Shown here: positions 1-10,386 of the stretch, piece after piece | Layout of the letters: each line of letters begins with the position of its first letter | Numbering within the stretch: the first letter of the stretch is position 1 | Source: a virus | Taxonomy: Duplodnaviria; Caudoviricetes | Direction: 5' to 3' (one strand) | IMG/VR virus record: IMGVR_UViG_3300030012_003336 | Coordinates: 1 to 60,601 of that record | Length of the DNA stretch: 60,601 nt | Position numbers and translations under genes: made by a program | The notes under the pieces: generated by a model | What the model was told of the DNA's origin: nothing | Database searches by the model: none | The model's input: the letters and a program-made list of their open reading frames with translations, nothing else

Positions 1-3000
1 CGGATCTCACTGGCTGTCTGATCTGCCGTAGCACCAGACTCGATGCCGTCGAGCTTCGAGCCGTCAGTGGCTACGTCTCTGCCGTCAATCGTGCCGGTAG
101 TAGTTAGATTCTGAGCAAGGTCAATGGTCTGTGTGCCGCCGTTAATAGTCAGGTAATTCGTAACGCCACTCGATCCATCATAGGCTCTAAGGAATATATC
201 TCTCCCTGATGAATCTGAGTTCTGAATAACGAGGTCATCAGTCAAGGCAGAGATAACTGAATTACCGTCCGTAACTTGATTTATCCTCATCTTGCTCCCG
301 AACTGAGCAAAAAGTCCTTGGTTTAGAATGAGGTTTCCAGTCAGCGTGCCACCAGCGAGTGGTAGCTTGGTAGCTATACTATTAGTGATGGTCGTCGAGA
401 AGTTCGCGTCATCACCAATCGCAGCCGCCAACTCATTGAGCGTGTCGAGTGCTCCTGGTGCAGCGTCCACTAGGTTGGATACAGCCGTGCTAACAAAGGC
501 GGTGGTTGCAATGCGAGTGGAATCGTTTCCAGCACTCTGAGTCGGGGCGGTAGGATTCCCAGTCAGAGCTGCACTGGAGAACATCGTAGCCTTGGACTCA
601 TTCGTTACGTTGCCCAGTCCGATTGAGGAAGGTGTGACTGAGAAGTCCAACGTGCCATCACCATCTTGGTAAGTGACAGTAACGCCTGTTTCGGTGTTGC
701 TGCTGACCATCCCGCCCACGATGTCTTGGACCTGCTCAGTAGACAGTTGCGTGTTGGTGTCAGTAGCTGTGATAGTTCCGTCAGACCCTATCGAAATATT
801 TGATCCAGCAGTTAAGGCGGCAACCACATTTGCGGTGTCGGTTACGTCTGCGCTGGCCTCGATAGCGTTGAGCTTAGAATGATCTGCGTCAGTGAATACG
901 TTCGAGTCAGATGCTGATTCGACTAAAGTGCGGATCTCTGCGGCTGTTTGATCTGCTGTTGCCCCTGACTCGATACCGTCAAGCTTCGATCCGTCAGTAG
1001 CTACGTCCCTGCCATCTATAGTCGAAGTTGTTGTAAGAGGCTTACTAAGTAAGATGTCTTCTACATTACCCCTTAATTTAAGATACTGGGTGACTCCTCC
1101 AGAGCCGTTATCGCACTGGAACTCGATACTCTTAGAATCTGCATTTTGTGTGAAATACAAATCTCCGTTAGCGTTCTCGAAAAACGAATCCGTGCCATCG
1201 TGCGAAAGCTTAATATCAAACCCGCTTCCTACTCCTAGTGATGTTCCATCTGTAAACTTTGTGTTTGCAGAAATCGTGCCACCAGTATTTAGCATCAACG
1301 CACCCGCAGCAGCTACGTTGGTGGCGTCAGTTACATCGGCGCTGGCCTCTATTCCATCTAACTTACTGTGGTCGGCGTTGGTAAAGTTTTGGTCAGTCTG
1401 TGAAGCAACAGAGAAGTCCAACGTGCCATCACCGTCCTGATAGGTAACGGTGATCCCACTTTCAGTGTTGCTGCTTACCATCGCCCCCACGATGTCCTGA
1501 ACCTGCTCGCTTGATAGCTGCGTGTTCGTATCGGTAGACGAGATAGTTCCGTCCGATCCGATACTAATGTTCGATCCAGCCGACAGCGCGGCGACAACAT
1601 TGGCGGTGTCAGTTACGTCTGCCGAGGCTTCAATGTTATTTAGTTTTGTATGATCTGCATCAGTAAATACGTTCGAATCGGAGGCTGATTCGACCAAAGC
1701 GCGAATCTCACTGGCCGTTTGGTCCGCAGTAGCACCAGACTCAATACCATCTAGCTTTGCATGATCTGCTGTCGTAAAATTCTCGTCAGTCTGTGAAGCA
1801 ACAGAGAAGTCCAACGTGCCATCACCGTCTTGGTAAGTGACGGTAATACCACTCTCCGTGTTGCTGCTAACCATGCCGCCCACGATGTCCTGCACCTGCT
1901 CGTTCGAGAGTTGTGTGTTGGTATCCGTAGCCGCTATGGTTCCGTCACTGCCGATACTAATGTTTGATCCTGCGGATAGCGCAGCGACTACGTTTGCCGT
2001 ATCGGTTACGTCTGCACTAGCCTCAATCGCGTTGAGCTTAGAATGATCAGCGTCAGTGAATACATTCGAGTCGGAGGCTGACTCTACAAGTGCGCGGATC
2101 TCAGAGGCTGTTTGATCCGCTGTTGCCCCTGACTCAATGCCGTCTAATTTACTATGATCGGCATTGGTGAAGTTTTGATCAGTCTGAGAAGCTACGGCAA
2201 AGTCGATTGTTCCGTCGGCATCTTGATAGGTGACGGTGATACCAGACTCTGAGTTGCTACTGACCATAGCCCCCACGATGTCCTGAACTTGTTCGTCGGA
2301 AAGTTGGGTATTGGTATCAGTAGACGAGATAGTTCCGTCCGATCCGATGGAAATGTTGGAACCGGCAGATAGCGCGGCAACTACGTTTGCTGTGTCGGTT
2401 ACATCTGCATTAGCTTCTATACCGTCTAGCTTGGTAGAGGATGCATCGTTAAAGTTGTTTGTATTAGAATTGCTAAGGTAGAGCGTTCGTATCTCCGAAG
2501 CAGTCTGGTCGCCAGTTGCCCCTGCCTCTATACCATCTAACTTCGCATGATCTGCTGTCGTAAAGTTTTCGTCAGTCTGGGACGCAACAGCGAAGTCGAG
2601 CGTTCCGTCTCCGTCCTGATAAGTGACCGTAATCCCACTTTCAGTGTTACTACTGACCATTCCACCCACAATATCCTGAACCTGCTCGTTAGACAGTTGG
2701 GTATTAGTGTCGGTAGAAGAAATTGTTCCGTCAGTTCCTATCGAGATGTTTGACCCCGCAGACAAAGCAGCGACTACGTTTGCTGTATCGGTTACGTCCG
2801 CTGAAGCCTCGATGCCGTCCAGTTTAGAACCATCAGAAGATACGTCTCTGCCATCTACGTTACCAACATTCGTGATGGCGTTACCACCCATGTTCAGACC
2901 ACCCGACATTGTGCCTCCGGCAAGTGGTAACTTGGCGGCAATGCTATTTGTTATTGTAGTGGAGAAGTTCGCGTCATCACCAATAGCGGCGGCTAGTTCA

Positions 3001-6000
3001 TTCAACGTGTCGAGCGCAGCAGGTGCTGAGTCAACAAGATTGCTTACCTGGGTATTAACAAAAGACTGCGTAGCGTAACTAGGATCAGAATCAGGAACCC
3101 AAGACGGCGTAACGTCCGCTCCTGCCTCTATGCCATCCAGCTTCGCATGATCTGCTGTCGTAAAATTTTCGTCAGTCTGTGAAGCGACAACGAAGTCGAG
3201 CGTTCCGTCTCCATCTTGATAAGAGACTGTAATACCACTTTCGGTATTACTGCTGACCATGCCCCCCACGATGTCCTGAACCTGCTCGTTAGACAGTTGG
3301 GTGTTGGTATCTGTGGATGAAATCGTTCCGTCAGATCCAATAGATATGTTTGATCCCGCAGACAATGCAGCGACTACGTTGGCGGTATCCGTAACATCTG
3401 CACTGGCTTCTATAGCGTTGAGCTTAGAATGATCATCGTCAGTAAATACGTTAGAATCTGTAGCGGCGTCAACCAACGTGCGGATCTCACTGGCCGTTTG
3501 ATCAGCCGTAGCGTTAGCTTCTATACCGTCAAGCTTTGCATGATCTGCTGTCGTAAAGTTTTCGTCAGTCTGAGACGCAACAGAGAAGTCGATTGTTCCG
3601 TCTCCATCTTGGTAAGAGACGGTAATACCACTCTCTGTGTTACCAGAAAGCATCCCACCCACAATATCCTGAACCTGCTCGTTAGATAATTGGGTGTTGG
3701 TATTAGTAGCTGCTATGGTTCCGTCAGATCCAATAGATATGTTTGATCCTGCTGACAAAGCAGCAACTACGTTCGCGGTATCAGTCACATCGGCTGATGC
3801 CTCAACGCCAGACAGTTTTGTTTGCAGTGCGTCAGTAAACGCATTCGTGTCGCTGTTGCTCTCGTAGAGCGTTTTTATTTCACTGGCTGTCTGGTCAGCG
3901 GTAGCGCCGGATTCAATCCCGTCTAGCTTTGCATGATCTGCTGTCGTAAAGTTTTCGTCAGTCTGGGACGCAACAGCGAAGTCCAACGTGCCATCGGCAT
4001 CTTGATAAGTTACTGTGATTCCACTTTCAGTGTTACTACTGACCATTCCACCCACGATGTCCTGAACTTGCTCGTTAGACAGTTGAGTGTTGGTATCAGT
4101 AGCTGCAATGGTTCCGTCAGATCCAATAGATATGTTTGACCCAGCAGACAAGGCGGCGACTACGTTGGCCGTGTCGGTTACATCTGCTGAAGCTTCGATT
4201 CCATCCAGCTTTGCGTGATCCGCTGTTGTAAAATTTTCGTCAGTTTGAGATGCGACAGTGAAGTCAATCGTCCCATCAGCATCTTGATAAGCTACGGTGA
4301 TTCCGGTTTCGGTATTCCCCGAGAGCATCCCACCAACGATGTCCTGCACTTGCTCGTTCGAGAGTTGAGTATTCGTGTCGGTAGATGCGATAGTCCCGTC
4401 AGTTCCTATCGAAATATTAGAACCTGCGGATAGCGCCGCCACTACGTTTGCTGTATCGGTGACATCTGCCGAGGCTTCAATGCCGTCGAGCTTTGTGTGG
4501 TCGGCGTCAGTAAATACGTTAGAATCGGTAGCGGAATCGACTAAGGTTCGTATCTCGCTGGCCGTCTGGTCGGCTGTTGCCCCCGACTCGATTCCGTCTA
4601 GTTTTGAGTGATCAGCCGTTGTGAAATTTTCGTCAGTCTGGGACGCAACAGCGAAGTCGATTGTTCCATCTCCGTCTTCATAGCTGACGGTGATTCCACT
4701 CTCAGTGTTTCCAGACAGCATTCCACCAACAATATCCTGAACCTGCTCAGTCGTTAGCTGTGTGTTAGTGTCGGTAGAGCTAATCGTTCCGTCAGATCCA
4801 ATCGATATGTTTGAACCTGCTGATAGCGCAGCGACTACGTTTGCCGTATCGGTTACGTCCGCTGAAGCCTCAATACCGTCTAGCTTTGCTCCGTCTGCAC
4901 TAACGTCCCGCCCGTCTACAGTCTGACTGCCGGACATGACTATGTTGCCTGTCATGGTCCCGCCAGCAAGAGGCAGCTTGGTAGCGATGCTATTAGTTAC
5001 AGTTGTCGAGAAGTTTGCGTCGTCACCAATCGCAGCAGCTAATTCGTTCAGCGTGTCTAATGCACCCGGTGCAGAATCCACTAGGTTACTTACTTGTGTG
5101 GTGACAAACGATTGGGTTGCATAACTAGGGTCAGCGTCAGGAACCCAAGTGGGTGTTACGTCTGCTCCTGCTTCTATGCCGTCTAATTTAGCATGATCGG
5201 CAGTGGTAAAATTCTCGTCAGTCTGTGAAGCGACAGCGAAGTCGATTGTCCCATCGCTGTCTTCATAGGTGACTGTAATTCCAGACTCAGTGTTGCCAGA
5301 CAGCATTCCACCAACGATGTCCTGAACCTGCTCATTCGATAGTTGGGTATTCGTGTCTGTAGCCGCTATGGTTCCGTCAGTTCCTATCGAGATGTTTGAA
5401 CCTGCCGATAATGCTGCGACCACGTTTGCGGTGTCCGTAACATCTGCCAACGCTTCAATGCCGTCGAGCTTCGCATGGTCAGCCGTTGTGAAATTCTCAT
5501 CAGTCTGAGACGAAACAGCGAAATCGATTGTTCCATCGGCATCTTGATAAGTGACTGTTACCCCGCTCTCAGTGTTGCCCGTGAGCATACCACCCACGAT
5601 GTCCTGAACCTGCTCGTTCGAGAGTTGTGTGTTGGTATCTGTCGCAGAGATAGTTCCGTCCGTGCCGATGGAAATGTTCGACCCAGCGGACAATGCGGCT
5701 ACCACGTTGGCCGTGTCAGTTACATCTGCCGCCGCCTCGATGTTGTTTAATTTATTGTGGTCAGCATCCGTGAATACGTTGGAGTCGGAAGCGGCCTCAA
5801 CTAACGTGCGGATCTCCGCAGCAGTTTGATCAGCAGTTGCATTATCCTCAATGTTGTCGAGCTTTGCGTGATCCGCTGTTGTGAAGTTCTCGTCAGTCTG
5901 GGACGCAACAGCGAAGTCGATTGTCCCGTCACTGTCCTCATACGTGACTGTGATTCCTGATTCAGTGTTGCCCGTGAGCATACCACCCACGATGTCCTGA

Positions 6001-6660
6001 ACCTGTTCGTTCGATAGCTGTGTGTTGGTATCGGTAGCGGCAATAGTTCCATCAGTTCCTATGCTGATATTTGAACCTGCTGATAAAGCAGCGACTACGT
6101 TCGCGGTATCGGTTACGTCTGCGGAAGCTTCAATCCCATCCAGCTTACTGTGATCAGCATCCGTGAATACGTTAGAATCCGAAGCTGACTCAACGAGTGC
6201 TCTAATCTCTGCGGCTGTTTGATCTGCGGTCGCATTCGCTTCAATACCATCTAACTTACTGTGATCAGCGGTGGTAAAGTTTTCGTCGGTCTGAGACGCA
6301 ACCGCGAAGTCAATCGTTCCGTCACTGTCCTCGTAGGTGACGGTAATTCCAGACTCAGTATTGCTGGCGACCATTGCGCCAACGATGTCTTGAACTTGCT
6401 CAGTAGTCAGAGCAGCCGAAGTTGCCGAAATAGTTCCGTCGGATCCAATCGCTATGTTGGTGCCAGCGGTAAGTGCAGAGACTACGTTTGCGGTATCGGT
6501 TACGTCTGCGGAAGCTTCAATGGCATTGAGCTTAGTATGATCAGCGTCAGTAAAGACGTTGGAATCCGTAGCCGACTCAACAAGTGCTCGGATTTCCGCA
6601 GCGGTCTGATCTGCGGTAGCTGATGCTTCGATAGCATTCAGTTTGCTTAGTAATGCGTCA
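1..6660 (-). repeat. Coding tandem repeats of the fibre (393-nt/131-aa and 282-nt/94-aa units)
   Basis: Recurrent ADVTDTANVVAALSAGSNISIGSDGTI..TDTNTQLS.EQVQDIVG.M..NTESGITVTY.D.DGT.DF.VASQTD.NFT.ADH.KLDGIE, with or without a 37-aa ATADQTASEIR.LV.SASDSNVFTDADH module. Confidence 0.95.
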
Positions 6661-7061
6661 GTGAACGCATTTGACCCCGTGCCATTGATGGTCAGGGCGT
6701 CCGTCTCAAGAGTTCCGTCTACATCGACGTTACCCGAAATGTCCAGGGAAGCAGCAGAAAATTCGCCGGTAAGAGAAGCATTGCCAGATTTAAGAACTAT
6801 AAACTTAGAAGACCCACTAAGTTGTAGGTCTAAAAGTTCGCTAGTAGCTGCGCTAGAAGTGTCGGTCGCATTAACCAGTAAGCTGGTAAACTCAGTCCCA
6901 CTGGCGTTCCATGTTGGGGTGATCGTGAGATTACCGTCGATGTCTCCTCCAGAGCCGAGATTGGCACCAGAGTTAGTCGTTACTATGGAGGCTGAGTTGG
7001 TGGACTGAGTTACCGTTACTGAATTAGTTGCTTGGTTTACAGTTACGGTTTCGTTAGCCAT
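1..7061 (-). CDS. Giant repetitive tail fibre/adhesin, N-terminal part (runs off left edge, >=2353 codons)
   Basis: ATG at 7061 (MANETVTVNQATNSV...). The frame at position 5 (..GIESGATADQTASEI) matches the start frame. Contains the fibre motif VDSAPGALDTLNELAAAIGDDANFSTT three times and ~14 QVQDIVG repeat units. Absent from the ORF track because there is no stop inside the window. Confidence 0.9.
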   Translation of the reverse strand, partial: MANETVTVNQATNSVTVTQSTNSASIVTTNSGANLGSGGDIDGNLTITPTWNASGTEFTSLLVNATDTSSAATSELLDLQLSGSSKFIVLKSGNASLTGEFSAASLDISGNVDVDGTLETDALTINGTGSNAFTDALLSKLNAIEASATADQTAAEIRALVESATDSNVFTDADHTKLNAIEASADVTDTANVVSALTAGTNIAIGSDGTISATSAALTTEQVQDIVGAMVASNTESGITVTYEDSDGTIDFAVASQTDENFTTADHSKLDGIEANATADQTAAEIRALVESASDSNVFTDADHSKLDGIEASADVTDTANVVAALSAGSNISIGTDGTIAATDTNTQLSNEQVQDIVGGMLTGNTESGITVTYEDSDGTIDFAVASQTDENFTTADHAKLDNIEDNATADQTAAEIRTLVEAASDSNVFTDADHNKLNNIEAAADVTDTANVVAALSAGSNISIGTDGTISATDTNTQLSNEQVQDIVGGMLTGNTESGVTVTYQDADGTIDFAVSSQTDENFTTADHAKLDGIEALADVTDTANVVAALSAGSNISIGTDGTIAATDTNTQLSNEQVQDIVGGMLSGNTESGITVTYEDSDGTIDFAVASQTDENFTTADHAKLDGIEAGADVTPTWVPDADPSYATQSFVTTQVSNLVDSAPGALDTLNELAAAIGDDANFSTTVTNSIATKLPLAGGTMTGNIVMSGSQTVDGRDVSADGAKLDGIEASADVTDTANVVAALSAGSNISIGSDGTISSTDTNTQLTTEQVQDIVGGMLSGNTESGITVSYEDGDGTIDFAVASQTDENFTTADHSKLDGIESGATADQTASEIRTLVDSATDSNVFTDADHTKLDGIEASADVTDTANVVAALSAGSNISIGTDGTIASTDTNTQLSNEQVQDIVGGMLSGNTETGITVAYQDADGTIDFTVASQTDENFTTADHAKLDGIEASADVTDTANVVAALSAGSNISIGSDGTIAATDTNTQLSNEQVQDIVGGMVSSNTESGITVTYQDADGTLDFAVASQTDENFTTADHAKLDGIESGATADQTASEIKTLYESNSDTNAFTDALQTKLSGVEASADVTDTANVVAALSAGSNISIGSDGTIAATNTNTQLSNEQVQDIVGGMLSGNTESGITVSYQDGDGTIDFSVASQTDENFTTADHAKLDGIEANATADQTASEIRTLVDAATDSNVFTDDDHSKLNAIEASADVTDTANVVAALSAGSNISIGSDGTISSTDTNTQLSNEQVQDIVGGMVSSNTESGITVSYQDGDGTLDFVVASQTDENFTTADHAKLDGIEAGADVTPSWVPDSDPSYATQSFVNTQVSNLVDSAPAALDTLNELAAAIGDDANFSTTITNSIAAKLPLAGGTMSGGLNMGGNAITNVGNVDGRDVSSDGSKLDGIEASADVTDTANVVAALSAGSNISIGTDGTISSTDTNTQLSNEQVQDIVGGMVSSNTESGITVTYQDGDGTLDFAVASQTDENFTTADHAKLDGIEAGATGDQTASEIRTLYLSNSNTNNFNDASSTKLDGIEANADVTDTANVVAALSAGSNISIGSDGTISSTDTNTQLSDEQVQDIVGAMVSSNSESGITVTYQDADGTIDFAVASQTDQNFTNADHSKLDGIESGATADQTASEIRALVESASDSNVFTDADHSKLNAIEASADVTDTANVVAALSAGSNISIGSDGTIAATDTNTQLSNEQVQDIVGGMVSSNTESGITVTYQDGDGTLDFSVASQTDENFTTADHAKLDGIESGATADQTASEIRALVESASDSNVFTDADHTKLNNIEASADVTDTANVVAALSAGSNISIGSDGTISSTDTNTQLSSEQVQDIVGAMVSSNTESGITVTYQDGDGTLDFSVASQTDQNFTNADHSKLDGIEASADVTDATNVAAAGALMLNTGGTISANTKFTDGTSLGVGSGFDIKLSHDGTDSFFENANGDLYFTQNADSKSIEFQCDNGSGGVTQYLKLRGNVEDILLSKPLTTTSTIDGRDVATDGSKLDGIESGATADQTAAEIRTLVESASDSNVFTDADHSKLNAIEASADVTDTANVVAALTAGSNISIGSDGTITATDTNTQLSTEQVQDIVGGMVSSNTETGVTVTYQDGDGTLDFSVTPSSIGLGNVTNESKATMFSSAALTGNPTAPTQSAGNDSTRIATTAFVSTAVSNLVDAAPGALDTLNELAAAIGDDANFSTTITNSIATKLPLAGGTLTGNLILNQGLFAQFGSKMRINQVTDGNSVISALTDDLVIQNSDSSGRDIFLRAYDGSSGVTNYLTINGGTQTIDLAQNLTTTGTIDGRDVATDGSKLDGIESGATADQTASEI

Positions 7062-7062
7062 T

Positions 7063-7446
7063 TTATTCTATAACTTCGGGTAAGATGTCAAAGGTGAGCC
7101 GAATGTGGTGAATTACTTCGGCGGACGAATTTAAAATTTTAAGATCTCCAATAACTGTGATCTTTTCGTTAGGTAGTGCGGTTGCTTGTGCCGTTGTCCA
7201 ATGAAGCCGGATGTTTGGCCCAGAGGACGGATTTAAAAAAGTAATACGAGAATCAGCGTCGCTTCGAGCTGGATTGGAAGTCCCGTGTCTCAGAGTATCA
7301 ACAATGGAACCTGTCAAAGAACGACGAATAACTAACTCGGCATCGTGGCTCCCACTCGTAAAGTCTTCGGCCGAACTCTGCCCTGCAAGAGTGTAGGTAA
7401 CATCTACATCTTGTTTTAAACCCCGCTGAAGCTGAATGTTAGCCAT
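7063..7446 (-). CDS. Putative fibre-attachment/baseplate-upper (BppU-N-like) protein
   Basis: 127 aa, beta-rich, directly upstream of the fibre gene; family resemblance judged by eye. Confidence 0.45.
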   Translation of the reverse strand: MANIQLQRGLKQDVDVTYTLAGQSSAEDFTSGSHDAELVIRRSLTGSIVDTLRHGTSNPARSDADSRITFLNPSSGPNIRLHWTTAQATALPNEKITVIGDLKILNSSAEVIHHIRLTFDILPEVIE

Positions 7447-7450
7447 GATC

Positions 7451-7834
7451 TTATGAATTAGCTCCGATTTGGACGGCCATGTAAGAAACGTCTACTGTTC
7501 CTGTGTGAGCCTTTAACTTAATGTTTGAAAGGTTTTCTGTGCTAAGAAGATTTGTCTGACCGTTTAGCAAGACAAGGTGAATTGCAGATGTTCCGTCTAC
7601 ACACACCTGTAATTCAGAATTACCTGTAGTGTTTTCGTTTTTAATTAGAAGCAAGACTTTTGAAGACGAGGCGTCTACATCCCCTGCTGGGATCGTGTCA
7701 AAACTAGTGTCTGCACGGAATGTCCCTAAAACAAAATCAGTAGGGTCGGCAGTAGCCGTAGAGGTGTCGCTCAACGCCAAGGCTACATCACCCAGTGAAA
7801 GCGATACGGAGTGGGTTACAGATTTAGCGGCCAT
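7451..7834 (-). CDS. Hypothetical protein, probably structural
   Basis: 127 aa, tightly packed in the late operon, beta-strand-like composition. Confidence 0.7.
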   Translation of the reverse strand: MAAKSVTHSVSLSLGDVALALSDTSTATADPTDFVLGTFRADTSFDTIPAGDVDASSSKVLLLIKNENTTGNSELQVCVDGTSAIHLVLLNGQTNLLSTENLSNIKLKAHTGTVDVSYMAVQIGANS

Positions 7835-7843
7835 AGCTAGAGT

Positions 7844-8143
7844 TTACTCTTCCATACGCCTTTCAACCATCACTAAAAATGGTGCAGACTTATCGGAATG
7901 CATTTTTTTATCGTGGCTACTCATCACGTAATCTCGAACGGAATCTACATAATCTGTAGCCAAAATAATTTTCTTCTTAACCCAGCTCTCTTTGAGGTGA
8001 GGCTCGGCGCACTCTTTGAAATGCTCAAGAAGATCGCAAGCGTTCTCATGCAGGTTGTTAAGCTGCCGCATGATCATCTTAGTCTCCTCGTCCATCTGAT
8101 GCATACCGGCATCAGAGTGCGCCATTTTTTTATCCCCGTACAT
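7844..8143 (-). CDS. Hypothetical protein
   Basis: 99-aa ORF, 3-9 nt gaps to neighbours. Confidence 0.7.
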   Translation of the reverse strand: MYGDKKMAHSDAGMHQMDEETKMIMRQLNNLHENACDLLEHFKECAEPHLKESWVKKKIILATDYVDSVRDYVMSSHDKKMHSDKSAPFLVMVERRMEE

Positions 8144-8146
8144 CGA

Positions 8147-8890
8147 CTACTGGCGGTAGAGCTTCAGAGCAAACCTCTCTTGATTTTCTTCCTTAGTCAA
8201 ATCACCAAAGCTTTGCCCGGACAAAAGAAGGCTTCTAAGCTTCTTCATCTTATCGCGGTCCATGCTAGACTTAGGATCAAAGTTCCCGCCATGCGCTGTT
8301 TTGAAGAGCTGCATTTCTAGATCTCCAGGGTCGCCGGACATTTCTTCCGCCATTTCAGGATTGAAAGCAACGTCGGGTTCTTCACCGGCAGGATTATCTA
8401 ATGCCGTAGGGGATCCTTCTTTAAGGCCAGCAAGCATTCGATCTTTGGCCGCTTGATCACGACTAGGAAGAGCATCTTTTGCTTTTTCCTTAGCAGCTTC
8501 CATTTCAGCTTCCGCATCTTCTGCTTCTTGTTCTTTTGCTTGTTCCGCTAGAGAAGCTTCGTATCTAGCCTCCATTGGATCGGGGGCAGACATTCGTTTT
8601 TCTTCAGCTTTGCGAGCTTTCCGTTCGGCTTTACGAGCCTTCCGTTCGGCTTTACGAGCTTTGTTGCCTAAAGGACCTTCTTCTTCTGAAGCAAGATTTC
8701 CCCTGTCCATTCGCGACTCCGGGAAAGGCCCGTCGCTCATTCTTGTCTCTCCCGGCTTGAGAGGATCTCCCGGAACAGGAGAAACAGGTTCTTTTGGACC
8801 GCGCCCAAAACTTGCTTCAATTTCAGCAATCTGGGCTCTCAGCCTCGCGATCATTTCTTCCTTCTCTTCTTGAGTGCGTGTATCGCTCAT
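8147..8890 (-). CDS. Hypothetical charged protein with KARKAER repeat
   Basis: 247 aa; 21-nt coding tandem repeat at ~8605-8661. Confidence 0.75.
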   Translation of the reverse strand: MSDTRTQEEKEEMIARLRAQIAEIEASFGRGPKEPVSPVPGDPLKPGETRMSDGPFPESRMDRGNLASEEEGPLGNKARKAERKARKAERKARKAEEKRMSAPDPMEARYEASLAEQAKEQEAEDAEAEMEAAKEKAKDALPSRDQAAKDRMLAGLKEGSPTALDNPAGEEPDVAFNPEMAEEMSGDPGDLEMQLFKTAHGGNFDPKSSMDRDKMKKLRSLLLSGQSFGDLTKEENQERFALKLYRQ

Positions 8891-8904
8891 ATAATTAAGT
8901 AGGT

Positions 8905-8947
8905 AAAAGAAATCCCGAACCCCGAAGGGCTCCTCAGGGTTCGGGAT
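8905..8947 (-). terminator. Intrinsic terminator after capsid gene
   Basis: ATCCCGAACCCTGAGG-AGC-CCTTCGGGGTTCGGGAT followed by TTCTTTT on the minus strand. Confidence 0.85.
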
Positions 8948-8972
8948 AACTATGTTAGGGTGCTATGAAACC

Positions 8973-10307
8973 TTATACCACAGAGGCAGTGTCAGTATCC
9001 CTCTTGAAGATAACTACGTAACCAAACTGAGTCTTAATCGGCTTGGATGCGCTAGCCATGATTCCCCGGAAGAAACCGATGTTTCCATCAGGATTATTTG
9101 TGGCGTCCGGGATGTTTCGGAACGCGAAGTCTCCAGTGTATTGGATGGGGTCAAACGTCATTCCAGGTGCGCTAGTAATAGGCTGTGGAACAAGTGACTC
9201 CATGACATCATCAACCAGAACGTAAGCGGCCTCAAACTCGGCACTTTCGTATGCTGGGTTTACGATAACTTTGTTACCGCTGACGATGTAGGGCTCAACC
9301 TTGACAAGGGTGTTCGCCTGTCCCGAACGACTCTTGTAGCGGGTGGTGAGATCATCAACCAAGTGGTAGAACCCACGGAAGGACTTCTCAACTCCAAGGG
9401 GTGCGATCAGCTCGCCAACCTTAGCGTTGTTGTAACGGATGTCGTCCCGGATCTTATCGTCCTCAGTAAGGAGCTGATGAGATGCCTCAGAGGAAAGAAC
9501 AACCGAAAAGATCGGGCGTCCGTTCTCGCGTCCGTAAGCCTTGAGACCTGCACCAGCGCGAATGAGCTGGAAGTAGATCTTGTCCATGACTGCGTTGGAG
9601 ATGTTGCCGCTAGGCTCAAGTTCTCCAGTTCCGTCGTCGTCGTCGTCGAGGTCTCCCGTCTTAACGGTCGTTCCTGCTTGAGCCAAACCATCGGAGTCGT
9701 CGATTACGAAGGACTGCTTGTTTTCGCCATCAGTAATGAAGGTCGTGCTCGCGGACTTACAAAGAACACAGTTGTCAGCCAAACGGTCGTACTCGTCACG
9801 ATAACGATTCTCCCAAGTGTTGCGGACAGACTCTTTCATCAGGTCCATGATGGCCCGGAGCTGCTCGGCGCGGTGAGCTGCGTAACGCAGGTCTTCGACG
9901 TTAATCCGAGGAGACTCAACGACCGCCTTACTCAGGGAGTAAGACTTGAGCACCCGTGTGAAGTCCAGTGTAGCTTTCTTCTCATCGGTAAGACCGGCGC
10001 TAGCCGTGGTCTGACCTGCGGTGAAACCAATGTCACTTCCTCCGGCAGAACCGGTTTGAAGTGCCGTCCAGTCAACACCAGTATTTCCACTAGCAAGACT
10101 GCCGCCATTCTTAATAGGAAGAGCGCGGTCGTAAATCAGCGTGTTGAGTTGATAGCCCATTCCCTCAGGGAATGCACTCTGTCTAATAAGGTCAATCCAC
10201 GGAGATGTGTGGAGGGTTGCCTTGTGAATGTCGGAACCGATACGATTAGCTTCCTGAGTCAGGATGTTGTTAATCGCAGCGGTACTATCTGTAAATGATC
10301 CAGCCAT
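8973..10307 (-). CDS. Major capsid protein
   Basis: 444 aa; follows the acidic coiled-coil scaffold gene; has its own promoter and a strong terminator; portal-scaffold-capsid order. Confidence 0.8.
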   Translation of the reverse strand: MAGSFTDSTAAINNILTQEANRIGSDIHKATLHTSPWIDLIRQSAFPEGMGYQLNTLIYDRALPIKNGGSLASGNTGVDWTALQTGSAGGSDIGFTAGQTTASAGLTDEKKATLDFTRVLKSYSLSKAVVESPRINVEDLRYAAHRAEQLRAIMDLMKESVRNTWENRYRDEYDRLADNCVLCKSASTTFITDGENKQSFVIDDSDGLAQAGTTVKTGDLDDDDDGTGELEPSGNISNAVMDKIYFQLIRAGAGLKAYGRENGRPIFSVVLSSEASHQLLTEDDKIRDDIRYNNAKVGELIAPLGVEKSFRGFYHLVDDLTTRYKSRSGQANTLVKVEPYIVSGNKVIVNPAYESAEFEAAYVLVDDVMESLVPQPITSAPGMTFDPIQYTGDFAFRNIPDATNNPDGNIGFFRGIMASASKPIKTQFGYVVIFKRDTDTASVV

Positions 10308-10386
10308 TGTAAAAAATAAGTAAGTAATTAATAGAATACGGACCCCTAACGTAGGGGCCTAAAAAGAAACAAAGAATGTGGTGAAC

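Noticed and set aside
1-6660. Repeats as a CRISPR array or DGR template/variable pair
   Set aside because: Repeats are long, coding and vary at synonymous sites; no unique spacers, no reverse transcriptase, no adenine-specific pattern noticed
328-7008. Many + strand ORFs and short - strand ORFs over the fibre gene (also 56123-60120)
   Set aside because: Antisense or off-frame shadows of the repetitive fibre frame; they repeat with the same period
9363-10298. 311-aa + strand ORF
   Set aside because: Antisense to the capsid gene, no recognisable motifs
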